This document shows positions 56,416 through 64,000 of a stretch of DNA of 64,000 nt, one piece after another. The position numbers and the translations under genes were made by a program. The notes beneath the pieces are model-generated. The model searched no databases, was not told the DNA's origin, and was given only the letters and a program-made list of their open reading frames with translations. Source of the DNA: Patescibacteria group bacterium (lineage in GTDB: Bacteria; Patescibacteriota; Dojkabacteria; J137); assembly GCA_963169855.1 (NCBI GenBank), contig CAUJCN010000002.1, positions 369,154-433,153 of the forward strand, read 5' to 3'. Numbering within the stretch: position 1 is the stretch's first letter; each line of letters opens with the position of its first letter.

Positions 56416-58395
56416 ATGAAAATATTTGTAGGTTTCCTCTCACTTTTTCTCGCCTTTTCGACTTTTGCAATTCCTGTTCAGGCAGCTCCAACATTCCGCT
56501 ATGATTACTACGATGTAACTATAGACATTAATAAAGATTCAACTTTCATTGTAGAAGAATCTGCGAAACTTTTGATTAATGGTGAATTTCATGGGCTAAG
56601 AAGAGACATTCCAACAGACAATTTTTGTACTGTCGGAACCCAAACCTGCGGAGGTTTTAGGCAGTTAGAAATACTAGAAATCAGAGATGTTAATGGGAAA
56701 ATTTTAAACCAAGACCAATACTCTCTTTACAATTATGAAGACGAAGATACTAAAGAAAACTATTTAAGAATTGAAAGAGAACTTTTTCCTGATGGGGAGT
56801 TCGTTACAAATTATTCTGAAGGTTGGACTATAAAATACAAGGTTTACGGTGGGTTAGGATTTTTAGATGAAGGAATTTATTTTTATTGGAATACATTGCC
56901 AGAAAACCGAGGAGGTTTTACAGACAAATCAACTATAAAGATTAACCTTCCATCAGAAGCAAGACGAAATGATTTTCAACTTTTCGATATAAATACTCAC
57001 TCAGCAAATACTTCTTATACATCTAGAGGAATTCAAATTGATATTACAAATTTATCTAGTATCAGTAATTTTACAGTCGCATATAGATTTAATGAAAATG
57101 AAATAAATCTTCCAGCAACATTGAAAATGAACTTGGCTCCGTCTGTGGGAACTACAGTTATGCTTGATAGTTTAACATTCGACAGTTGGGATGGAGTCGC
57201 AGATTATTTACCTGCGGGTGATTTCAACATGAAAGTTTCCCATTTTGGTTACTACGATTTAGTCATGCCAGTTAAATTGGAATCAGGGAAAGTTACAGAC
57301 CTTGGAACAGTTGCACTTTCCCCCACTCCGATTATGGGAATATTTACATTCTTTTCGAACATCTTTTTAATCTTCTGTTGCGTGAGTATTCCTTTGGCTA
57401 TATTTATTGCCTATTGGATTTATGACAAGAATGGACGAGATAAAAATCCTCTTAAAACTATTATTCCTCTATTCTCTCCGCCAGAAAATGTAAGACCTTA
57501 TCTTGCAAGTAATTTATACTTCGAAGAATTCAAGAAAAAGATTATCTCTGCAACAATTGTTGATTTAGCAGTTCGTGGATTTATTAAAATCAAAGAGGAA
57601 AGTAAAAATAACTTCACTTTAACTCGAATTGAAGATGAAGCTAAATATGGTGAACTAACACAAAGGGAAAACGATATTATTTCTTTAATTTTTGATGATA
57701 GTTATGAAGTCAATACTTCTACTTTCAAAACCCCTTCAAACGAAAGAGCTAAGAAATATCAAAGCTTAATTCAGGAAAGTTACAACGAATTAGTAAGTTT
57801 GGGTTACTTTAACGCTTCTCCTCAAATTACTAGAGCAAAATATACAACATACTCGATTTTATTAATCATACTTGGCATAGTAGCGTTTATCGGAGGTAGC
57901 TTAGTTCTAACAACTGTAATTGGTGTTGTTTTCTTATGTATTCCTGGAATTTGGATTGCTATTTTTGGAATATCAATTGGAGTAATCGCAAGACACATGC
58001 CTTCTAAATCGGAAACTGGAAGCAAGATCTACAATCATTTACAAGGTTTCAGAATGTATTTGTATACAGCTGAAAGATTCAGACTACAAGGCTTGGATCC
58101 AGAAGAGTTTGAAAAGTACCTTCCTTTCGCTATGATTTTTGATATTGAAAAGCAATGGGCTGAGAAGTTCAAAGATCTATACAATCATCAACCAGAATGG
58201 CTAGAAGGAAACTTCTCAACATTTGATGCTATTTACTTAGCTAACGCAATGGGAAGCTTCTCTAGTTCGGTTAACACATCATCGCTTGGTGCAGGAGTAA
58301 GCAATACTTCTGGAAGCGGCTGGAGCGGTGGTGGAGGTTCATTTGGTGGATTCTCTGGAGGCGGAGGTGGAGGAGGTTCTTCCGGAGCTTGGTAA
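56416..58395 (+). CDS. DUF2207-family membrane protein with a Gly-rich C-terminal tail
   Basis: Signal peptide, a roughly 270-aa exported domain, TM helices, a cytoplasmic domain, and the tail GSGWSGGGGSFGGFSGGGGGGGSSGAW, which is the typical DUF2207 architecture. Confidence 0.7.
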   Translation: MKIFVGFLSLFLAFSTFAIPVQAAPTFRYDYYDVTIDINKDSTFIVEESAKLLINGEFHGLRRDIPTDNFCTVGTQTCGGFRQLEILEIRDVNGKILNQDQYSLYNYEDEDTKENYLRIERELFPDGEFVTNYSEGWTIKYKVYGGLGFLDEGIYFYWNTLPENRGGFTDKSTIKINLPSEARRNDFQLFDINTHSANTSYTSRGIQIDITNLSSISNFTVAYRFNENEINLPATLKMNLAPSVGTTVMLDSLTFDSWDGVADYLPAGDFNMKVSHFGYYDLVMPVKLESGKVTDLGTVALSPTPIMGIFTFFSNIFLIFCCVSIPLAIFIAYWIYDKNGRDKNPLKTIIPLFSPPENVRPYLASNLYFEEFKKKIISATIVDLAVRGFIKIKEESKNNFTLTRIEDEAKYGELTQRENDIISLIFDDSYEVNTSTFKTPSNERAKKYQSLIQESYNELVSLGYFNASPQITRAKYTTYSILLIILGIVAFIGGSLVLTTVIGVVFLCIPGIWIAIFGISIGVIARHMPSKSETGSKIYNHLQGFRMYLYTAERFRLQGLDPEEFEKYLPFAMIFDIEKQWAEKFKDLYNHQPEWLEGNFSTFDAIYLANAMGSFSSSVNTSSLGAGVSNTSGSGWSGGGGSFGGFSGGGGGGGSSGAW

Positions 58396-58429
58396 TAAAC
58401 AGTTTAAGTTCAAGAGTAAGTGTAAGTAA

Positions 58430-59251
58430 CTATTCAGCAAATTGTTCAACGAGTTGCTCGATAGTCAATGCATCTTCAACCTTATATTCTCCAATTCGAG
58501 TTCTTCTAAGGTTTATCAACATTGAAGGCATATCAAATTTCTGTCCAATATCGTATGCTAACTGACGGATATACGTTCCCTTACTGCAGCTTACATCCAC
58601 AGTTACTGCTAGCTTTGTGAAGTCCTGCTCTTTTATACTAAATTTTCGTTCTTTGAAATCTGTAACTTTGATTTCTGGAATAGTGATTTCTCTTTTACTG
58701 ACTTCAACTTCTTTCTTCTTTTCGTTACCTGAGTAAAAACTAATTTTTTGACTAGTTTCTAAGTCCTCTAACTCAAATCGTTCATATTTTCTTGCCAGTT
58801 CCCTAAGTTTATCGCCATTAATCTTAACTGAACTGAAAACCGGAACTGCCTGCATAGTTTTACCCACAAAGCTGTTAATACTTTTTTTCACATCATCGTT
58901 GAATTCGTCAATTCCGCCATACCGATTCATTACTTCAATATCCTCTTGAACATTACCTTCTGGGTCGTGAGAATCCGTCGAAACTCCAAACGCAATCTCT
59001 GCTAAATAGCTTTTATCAAATCCCATAAATTCATCAGATTTCTTTGTAGCCTTACCAACAAGAATAATTAACAACCCTGAGGCGAAAGGATCCAAAGTTC
59101 CAGCATGTCCAACCGCTTTAGTTTTGAAGATTTTTCTGACTTTATCGACAACATCGTGTGAAGTAATTCCTACTGGTTTATCTATTAAAAATATACCTGA
59201 AATTCGGTCCAAATCATCTCGATACAATTTGTTGATCGTAATATTTTCCAT
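58430..59251 (-). CDS. truB: tRNA pseudouridine(55) synthase TruB
   Basis: Catalytic motif GHAGTLDPFASGLL and the overall TruB length. Confidence 0.85.
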   Translation of the reverse strand: MENITINKLYRDDLDRISGIFLIDKPVGITSHDVVDKVRKIFKTKAVGHAGTLDPFASGLLIILVGKATKKSDEFMGFDKSYLAEIAFGVSTDSHDPEGNVQEDIEVMNRYGGIDEFNDDVKKSINSFVGKTMQAVPVFSSVKINGDKLRELARKYERFELEDLETSQKISFYSGNEKKKEVEVSKREITIPEIKVTDFKERKFSIKEQDFTKLAVTVDVSCSKGTYIRQLAYDIGQKFDMPSMLINLRRTRIGEYKVEDALTIEQLVEQFAE

Positions 59252-59312
59252 TTTTTACTCTATAATATTTTCTCTATTTTGTGTAAAATCCTACAGTGAT
59301 TATACATTAACT

Positions 59313-59660
59313 ATGGCATACGATTATCAAGAAGAGGAGAAAAGAAAGGATAATTTGATAAAAGAAATCGGAGATAAAATTAAAACTGCTCGAGTTGAAA
59401 GCAAAATGTCTCAGCTTCAAGTTGCTGTATCGCTAGGAGTTTCAGATAAAACAATTAGCGGATATGAATCTGGAAGAATCGCCCCACCAATCGATAAGTT
59501 AATTCAAGTCGCTGAAATATTCCGAAAACCAATCACTTACTTTCTTAGTAACGACCCTAGAGATTACAAGGTTTCTTCACGTTTAAAAGCAATCGAGCAA
59601 ATTCTAAAAGATGTTAGAAAGCAAATGGAGGAAATCAAAGAAATCGCCGGAGTTGATTAA
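59313..59660 (+). CDS. XRE-family helix-turn-helix transcriptional regulator (about 115 aa). The start is trimmed to the internal Met so that it clears truB.
   Basis: HTH region SQLQVAVSLGVSDKTISGYESG. The longer ORF-track version overlaps truB on the opposite strand. Confidence 0.7.
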   Translation: MAYDYQEEEKRKDNLIKEIGDKIKTARVESKMSQLQVAVSLGVSDKTISGYESGRIAPPIDKLIQVAEIFRKPITYFLSNDPRDYKVSSRLKAIEQILKDVRKQMEEIKEIAGVD

Positions 59661-62395
59661 GGAATAACCCCTTGCTCTCTAATCGAATATGGGTATCGAC
59701 CCAGATCATCCATGAATGTAAGAAGATATCTTGGATCAGCATAGATCAGTAGCGAAGGCTTAGATAAATTATCTGTATTCACAAAAGTTGCTGAATCTGT
59801 AATGCTTCCTCTTGTTGCTAAGTTTCCGACTAAGAACATTCCTAATGCTGTAGAACCAGCCCTTGAAATTGTTATGTTTCCATCAGCGAAAATACTTGCT
59901 TCGAATAATCCATAGGTACTCTGCTCAGGTGAGCTAGGAAATTTAGATCGAGAACTTGTTGGAGCATGATTGATAAGGCTAACCGATCCCTGAACTACAT
60001 AAATACATCCATTATAAACTCCTGCAGTTGGGTGTTCGGTGATTTGATAATCAGAGTGAATCGTTAAGTTACCTGAAATTACAAATATCGACCGCATGTT
60101 GCAATTAGTCCTACTGTTCAAAGTAACATTACCGTTAACAATGTAGTTTCTTTTTTCGTTTGCTGCACCAGCAACTGCAGTGTTAATTGCAACTGTTGCA
60201 GATGCCGAACCTGGCGTGGTAGTTGTAAACCCTGCCCTTGTCGTTACAGGAGTTGTTGAATTTTGCACTTTCTCCAAGAAATACGAATACCAACTAGTTC
60301 CTGTTGGTGGTTGTAGTCCAAGATCATCATAAGCACCTACATACTGAGTTCTTTGAGAAATGTATGCGGATGGTAAAGCCGTAGATCCTAGAAGGAATGC
60401 ATATGCAGTTGTATGAGGTTGTCGAATGTCTGAAGCGTCATCCAAACTGAACAACTGGCTGTAGTTTGTAATTTGAGGGATTACAGAACCGCCCAGAACG
60501 TTTCCAATTGATGCATTGCTGTTAAACACTGATACCCATGGGCTTGGTAAACCTGTGACTACCAGTTGGAATCCGCCTCTGTTACAAGACAAATCTTCTA
60601 CTTCTAATGTGAAAGTGTAGTTACTATTTACTCCAGAATTTTGATCTCTATATGCGTAAGTGGTATTTGTAGCGTTAGATAAGGAGAGATATGCTGATAA
60701 ATTTGATGGCGCAGGTTGTGTTGTTGGAACAGGATTGATTGTAGCTCCGGATGGATAATTCTCCTGCAGTCTATCCCCAGCCGCATTTGAATGTACTGCA
60801 GTTAGGAAGGTCGTATTCGGTCTTAATCCCAAAGAATCGAATGGTCTCCAGGTGATGTTGAAAGAGCTATCAGGATTATTTGCTGTAGCAATTGTTGGAG
60901 TTGGCGTAGTTGTATCGATGTATAAAATTTGTGTTGTCTTCATGTATCGCAGGTCTGCAGATACATTTGTCTGATTTATGTCTCCTGAATACTCAGTTAT
61001 AATTGTTTGACCTTGTCCATTTACTCTAGATCTAGTAAAGATGAACATCGAATAAAGGTTATAGTGACTAAAGAATGCACTAGTTGGGTTAGTATTGTTG
61101 TTTGGGAAATTATCGTTAATTCTTATCCTGAATCTTGCAACTACTGTTCTAGAACCGTCTCCATTATTAGTTAGTGTAACATTTGTAGCCGAACCAATAC
61201 CCAGAACTATTGCATTTCCGTCTATATTATTTATATGATCTCCGCTTGTAGCATTTGGAGAATATACCCCTGCAGGATTGCTTGTTGAGACTTCCCGTAC
61301 AGATAAAGTGTTGTCAATATTATACCTCACACCTAATGTCCTTCTGTTCTCTACTTTATTCTGAATTTGGATATCAGTAAAACGTTGTGCTTCTGAGTTA
61401 CTAGCTCCAGTTGGAATAAACGACAAATAAATATTCTTGAAATCCCCTACTGAATCGGGATCAACCCAAGTTACTTCTATATCAATTGGATTCTGAATTA
61501 TTGTACTTGAAGCCGTATATTTTCCGATTCTCCTTAAGTCTGCTCCACAGGTAGCAACTTCTCCTCCATTTAAAGGGTTTAGAATTCTAGTTGAGGTTAA
61601 TACTGGCCTAGCATCGGTTGAGAATTTCCAAATTTGAGAATATGCTTGCGAATTTGAATTCGACTTTCTAATAAACCAACAATATGTCGCCCCGTAGTCT
61701 AAATCATTGCCAGTATATAAAATGTTCCTACTTGCAGCACTTCCACCAGAAATACTATCTAATTCAAAGAAAGTGCTTCTTGTTTCACTTCCACATGCTG
61801 TTGTTGAAGGGACTTTTTTAACAAAAAGAGTATAGTTCCGTACTTGTGGTATACAAGGATTATTTACCTGTCCCCAGTCAACATCATTGGATGTATTTCC
61901 TCCACTAGCGACTCTGTTCCATTGAAAATTGATTCTCTTAGGATTAAGTCCCACTGATTGATTTGCTGGTCCAATAAGTGTCTGTGCTCCGAAAGAAACG
62001 CTTCCAGGGTTGTTACAACCTGGTGGGGGGTCTGGCGGACTCCCCGAGCTACCTCCACTTGGACATGAACCACAAGTTAAGGTCCCATCTGAGCAAACAG
62101 TCTTCGGTCTACAACCCGAGGCAGTGTATACAGTAAATCCATTTGCAGCAGCTTCGCAGGCACCGGTCCCATAATCAAACTGAGTACATACAAAACAAGA
62201 ATTTACATAAGCGCATTGGTCGGCTGCACATGAATTTGAATCTCTACAAGAGAAATTCGTGCTTAAGTTATCTCCAGAGCAACACACCAAAGCTGCTTCG
62301 ACGGTAGGACTATACAGCTGTCCCGAAAAGAATATACCTAATGCTAGGAATATCCCTCCTAATGTTTTTACAAATTTTTGCAAATTCAAATGCAT
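59657..62395 (-). CDS. Large secreted or surface protein (912 aa) with an N-terminal Cys-rich module, an FN3-like domain and a Thr/Ser/Asn-rich beta-rich body
   Basis: Signal peptide. The Cys-cluster region is CCSGDN...CRDSNSC...CAYVNSCFVCTQ...C...C...CGSC. The FN3-like pattern is PANQS...FQWN...YTLFV...YCWFIRKSN...IWKFST. Confidence 0.6.
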   Translation of the reverse strand: MHLNLQKFVKTLGGIFLALGIFFSGQLYSPTVEAALVCCSGDNLSTNFSCRDSNSCAADQCAYVNSCFVCTQFDYGTGACEAAANGFTVYTASGCRPKTVCSDGTLTCGSCPSGGSSGSPPDPPPGCNNPGSVSFGAQTLIGPANQSVGLNPKRINFQWNRVASGGNTSNDVDWGQVNNPCIPQVRNYTLFVKKVPSTTACGSETRSTFFELDSISGGSAASRNILYTGNDLDYGATYCWFIRKSNSNSQAYSQIWKFSTDARPVLTSTRILNPLNGGEVATCGADLRRIGKYTASSTIIQNPIDIEVTWVDPDSVGDFKNIYLSFIPTGASNSEAQRFTDIQIQNKVENRRTLGVRYNIDNTLSVREVSTSNPAGVYSPNATSGDHINNIDGNAIVLGIGSATNVTLTNNGDGSRTVVARFRIRINDNFPNNNTNPTSAFFSHYNLYSMFIFTRSRVNGQGQTIITEYSGDINQTNVSADLRYMKTTQILYIDTTTPTPTIATANNPDSSFNITWRPFDSLGLRPNTTFLTAVHSNAAGDRLQENYPSGATINPVPTTQPAPSNLSAYLSLSNATNTTYAYRDQNSGVNSNYTFTLEVEDLSCNRGGFQLVVTGLPSPWVSVFNSNASIGNVLGGSVIPQITNYSQLFSLDDASDIRQPHTTAYAFLLGSTALPSAYISQRTQYVGAYDDLGLQPPTGTSWYSYFLEKVQNSTTPVTTRAGFTTTTPGSASATVAINTAVAGAANEKRNYIVNGNVTLNSRTNCNMRSIFVISGNLTIHSDYQITEHPTAGVYNGCIYVVQGSVSLINHAPTSSRSKFPSSPEQSTYGLFEASIFADGNITISRAGSTALGMFLVGNLATRGSITDSATFVNTDNLSKPSLLIYADPRYLLTFMDDLGRYPYSIREQGVIP

Positions 62396-62799
62396 CTAAA
62401 TTTCTGAATAATATTTAGTGGCTTAAACTCATCGTCAAAATACAACCCTGTTAAGTTATTTTCTATTTTTGCTAGAGCCAAGTCGATTTTAATCTGAATT
62501 GTGTTACAGTTCTGATTAAAAATCAAATTTGCATCGTCAGCAAATACCCCATCTGACGCTGATAAAATATCTCTGTTCAAGTATACCTCCGTCTTGCTTC
62601 CATTCAAATCAAGATAGAGCAATCCTCCTTTCCAATCAGTTTCTATAGAATCCCTGTTTATATTGTACACAAGTACAGTAGAGTTAGCCATAGAGTCTAC
62701 TTCTGTCGAAAAGGATTGATTCTGAATATTTAAAATTCCTCCTACAAGGAATAGGATCGAAATTGCAACCAGAACAATCGACAATACATTAGTTCTCAT
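62386..62799 (-). CDS. Small N-terminally anchored exported protein (137 aa)
   Basis: A single N-terminal TM helix followed by a beta-rich domain. Overlaps both the upstream and downstream ORFs by 10 nt. Confidence 0.45.
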   Translation of the reverse strand: MRTNVLSIVLVAISILFLVGGILNIQNQSFSTEVDSMANSTVLVYNINRDSIETDWKGGLLYLDLNGSKTEVYLNRDILSASDGVFADDANLIFNQNCNTIQIKIDLALAKIENNLTGLYFDDEFKPLNIIQKFRCI

Positions 62800-63199
62800 T
62801 TGTGATGAAACTAATATCTAAAATCTCTTTATTACCATCGTTATAGTTAGCTTCGACGATGCTAACTCTTCCTGTTTCTTGGGATCCCTCTAAATATTCA
62901 GAAACTAGAAGTTCAGGAATAATAAATGATCGCTCTTCCTGCCCGTTGCTAACAATAATTTCTAAACCTTGATCTTGATATCTAGCAGTCTGAATTCCAC
63001 CAACAAATGTATTTTCTACATAGCTTCCTGATAATACTGGGTTTCTTGGATGCAACCAATAATTTTTGCTAAAGTCTGTATTTACCGCTGTAACGGTTGA
63101 ATTATAGTTGACCAAAGTTATCAAGTAAAAACTTGCTGTGGCAAACAAAACGATTAGCGGTAGAATTAGTTTCATAAATCTGAATATCTCTATTTCCAT
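62789..63199 (-). CDS. Small N-terminally anchored exported protein (about 128-136 aa)
   Basis: N-terminal TM followed by an exported domain. First of three overlapping minus-strand genes. Confidence 0.45.
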   Translation of the reverse strand: MEIEIFRFMKLILPLIVLFATASFYLITLVNYNSTVTAVNTDFSKNYWLHPRNPVLSGSYVENTFVGGIQTARYQDQGLEIIVSNGQEERSFIIPELLVSEYLEGSQETGRVSIVEANYNDGNKEILDISFITNEN

Positions 63200-63233
63200 A
63201 TTACAGATTTACGCAGCAGGTGTACAGTTTCTA

Positions 63234-63890
63234 TCAGGCAAGAAGATATATTTTTTGAGTTTCCGCTACTGGACGAAAACTTTTTCGGTGAAGATCAGTT
63301 ACTCCAAATTCTTTCAAAGCTGCTTGATGACCTTTAGTTCCATAACCTTTATTCCTATTGAAATTAAATGAAGGAAAAGACTTATGGTATTCAGACATAA
63401 TCAAATCTCTCTCTACTTTTGCAATTATCGATGCAGACCCAACTGAGTAATAATTCATGTCAGCTTTCTTTTCCTTGATAGTATTTTTTGTAAATGGATG
63501 AGCAAACTGACCATCCACAACAAATACACTGTTTGGATAAATCGGATCTAATTCTGAGATTAACTCTAAAATCAAATTCTGAATAGCTTTCCCAATTCCA
63601 CCCTTATCGATTTCACCCCTATCCGCGAATTTTAATCGGAAGTTATCTTGATCTCTTAGTTTTTTAGAAAAGTAAGTTCGTTGTTTCAGATTCAACATTT
63701 TTGAATCTGTAATGCCTTCCAGAAACTTAGTACTAGAATTTATAACGTATGCACCTACATACACCGGTCCTGCCCAACAACCTCTTCCAACTTCGTCGAT
63801 TCCGATTACATTTTCGTATTTTTCAAAAAGTGGAAAATCTTTATAATTCATTTCATTATTATACTCTAGAAAAGAAAGATCCCCAGCCAA
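63234..63890 (-). CDS. rnhB: Ribonuclease HII
   Basis: Catalytic motif GIDEVGRGCWAGPV and the downstream DSK / acidic residues. Confidence 0.9.
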   Translation of the reverse strand: MAGDLSFLEYNNEMNYKDFPLFEKYENVIGIDEVGRGCWAGPVYVGAYVINSSTKFLEGITDSKMLNLKQRTYFSKKLRDQDNFRLKFADRGEIDKGGIGKAIQNLILELISELDPIYPNSVFVVDGQFAHPFTKNTIKEKKADMNYYSVGSASIIAKVERDLIMSEYHKSFPSFNFNRNKGYGTKGHQAALKEFGVTDLHRKSFRPVAETQKIYLLA

Positions 63891-63903
63891 TGGCTGGGGA
63901 TCT
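63860..63903 (-). terminator. Intrinsic terminator upstream of rnhB and downstream of the partial gene: a 12-bp stem (agatccccagcc/ggctggggatct) followed by a U-tract
   Basis: Perfect 12-bp inverted repeat followed by TTCTTTTCT on the minus strand. Confidence 0.5.
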
Positions 63904-63926
63904 GCTTAAGTTGAATTTAATTCTTA

Positions 63927-64000
63927 TTACTCTGCTTTTGCCTGCCTGTCGTCAGACACGGCTTCTTCAACTACAGGAGTTTCTGCTTCTGTGTTTGGAG
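63927..64000 (-). CDS. 3' end of a gene running off the window. The C-terminus reads ...PNTEAETPVVEEAVSDDRQAKAE and the identity is unknown (rplS is a possible neighbour of rnhB by common synteny).
   Basis: Open frame on the minus strand ending at TAA 63927-63929, with a terminator hairpin directly after it. Confidence 0.3.
   Translation of the reverse strand, partial: PNTEAETPVVEEAVSDDRQAKAE

Noticed and set aside
62386-63199. Type IV pilin or pseudopilin identity for the two small anchored proteins
   Set aside because: They lack the G/A-F-T-L-(I/L)-E class III signal-peptide motif. Only the generic N-terminal TM plus exported-domain layout is shared.
63138-63371. 77-aa plus-strand ORF between the small anchored-protein genes and rnhB
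   Set aside because: It overlaps the ends of two better-supported minus-strand genes and has a low-complexity translation.
1-64000. A CRISPR array or cas genes
   Set aside because: I found no run of regularly spaced direct repeats anywhere. The only tandem repeats are coding low-complexity repeats (56035-56115, and the Thr/Pro and Gly-rich linkers).
1-64000. Alternative genetic code (UGA recoding) as in some CPR lineages
   Set aside because: Full-length RF2 is present, long conserved genes such as sufC end at TGA, and I found no in-frame TGA inside conserved proteins.

Overview
This is an AT-rich segment of bacterial chromosome, roughly one-third G+C by eye. Genes are densely packed, small and often overlapping. 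Translation, replication and repair genes dominate, and ribosomal protein L30 is absent between rpsE and rplO. Together these features fit a reduced-genome Patescibacteria (CPR-like) organism, although I cannot confirm taxonomy from the sequence. The genetic code appears standard: a full-length RF2 (prfB, SPF motif) is present, and long ORFs end at TGA, TAA or TAG.

The core content is a minus-strand block running tuf, S10, L3, L4, L23, L2, S19, L22, S3, L16, L29, S17, L14, L24, L5, S14(Z), S8, L6, L18, S5, L15 (50.3 to 41.6 kb). After rplO there is a terminator, a GT4 glycosyltransferase gene, and then secY with an N-terminal extension. Other core genes are the aminoacyl-tRNA synthetases serS, gltX and pheT, plus glyA, map, prfB, rarA, ung, truB, rnhB, recO, udk, an SSB-like protein, one tRNA-Leu(TAG), and several transporters.

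The accessory content I judge most worth follow-up:
- A three-gene secreted operon at 32984-35690 whose products carry cohesin-like and dockerin-like sequence patterns, behind a recognisable promoter.
- A minus-strand operon at 59657-63199 encoding two small membrane-anchored proteins and a 912-aa Cys-rich, FN3-like surface protein.
- A membrane-anchored DsbA-like thioredoxin (CPYC) co-oriented with a small secreted 8-Cys protein at 389-1609.
- An orphan sufC at 31492-32253 and, 21 kb away, a 156-aa mini SufB/D-like protein at 53312-53782.
- A Fic-fold protein with a degenerate catalytic motif at 9023-10063.
- Two GC-rich multi-hairpin structured elements with UUCG and GNRA tetraloops at 20006-20073 and 22628-22704, which share an architecture but not sequence.
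- A 17-nt duplicated tRNA-Leu 3' fragment beside the tRNA gene at 55382-55573.
- A frameshifted gene remnant downstream of sufC at 32254-32829.

I detected no CRISPR array, rRNA, transposase or integrase.
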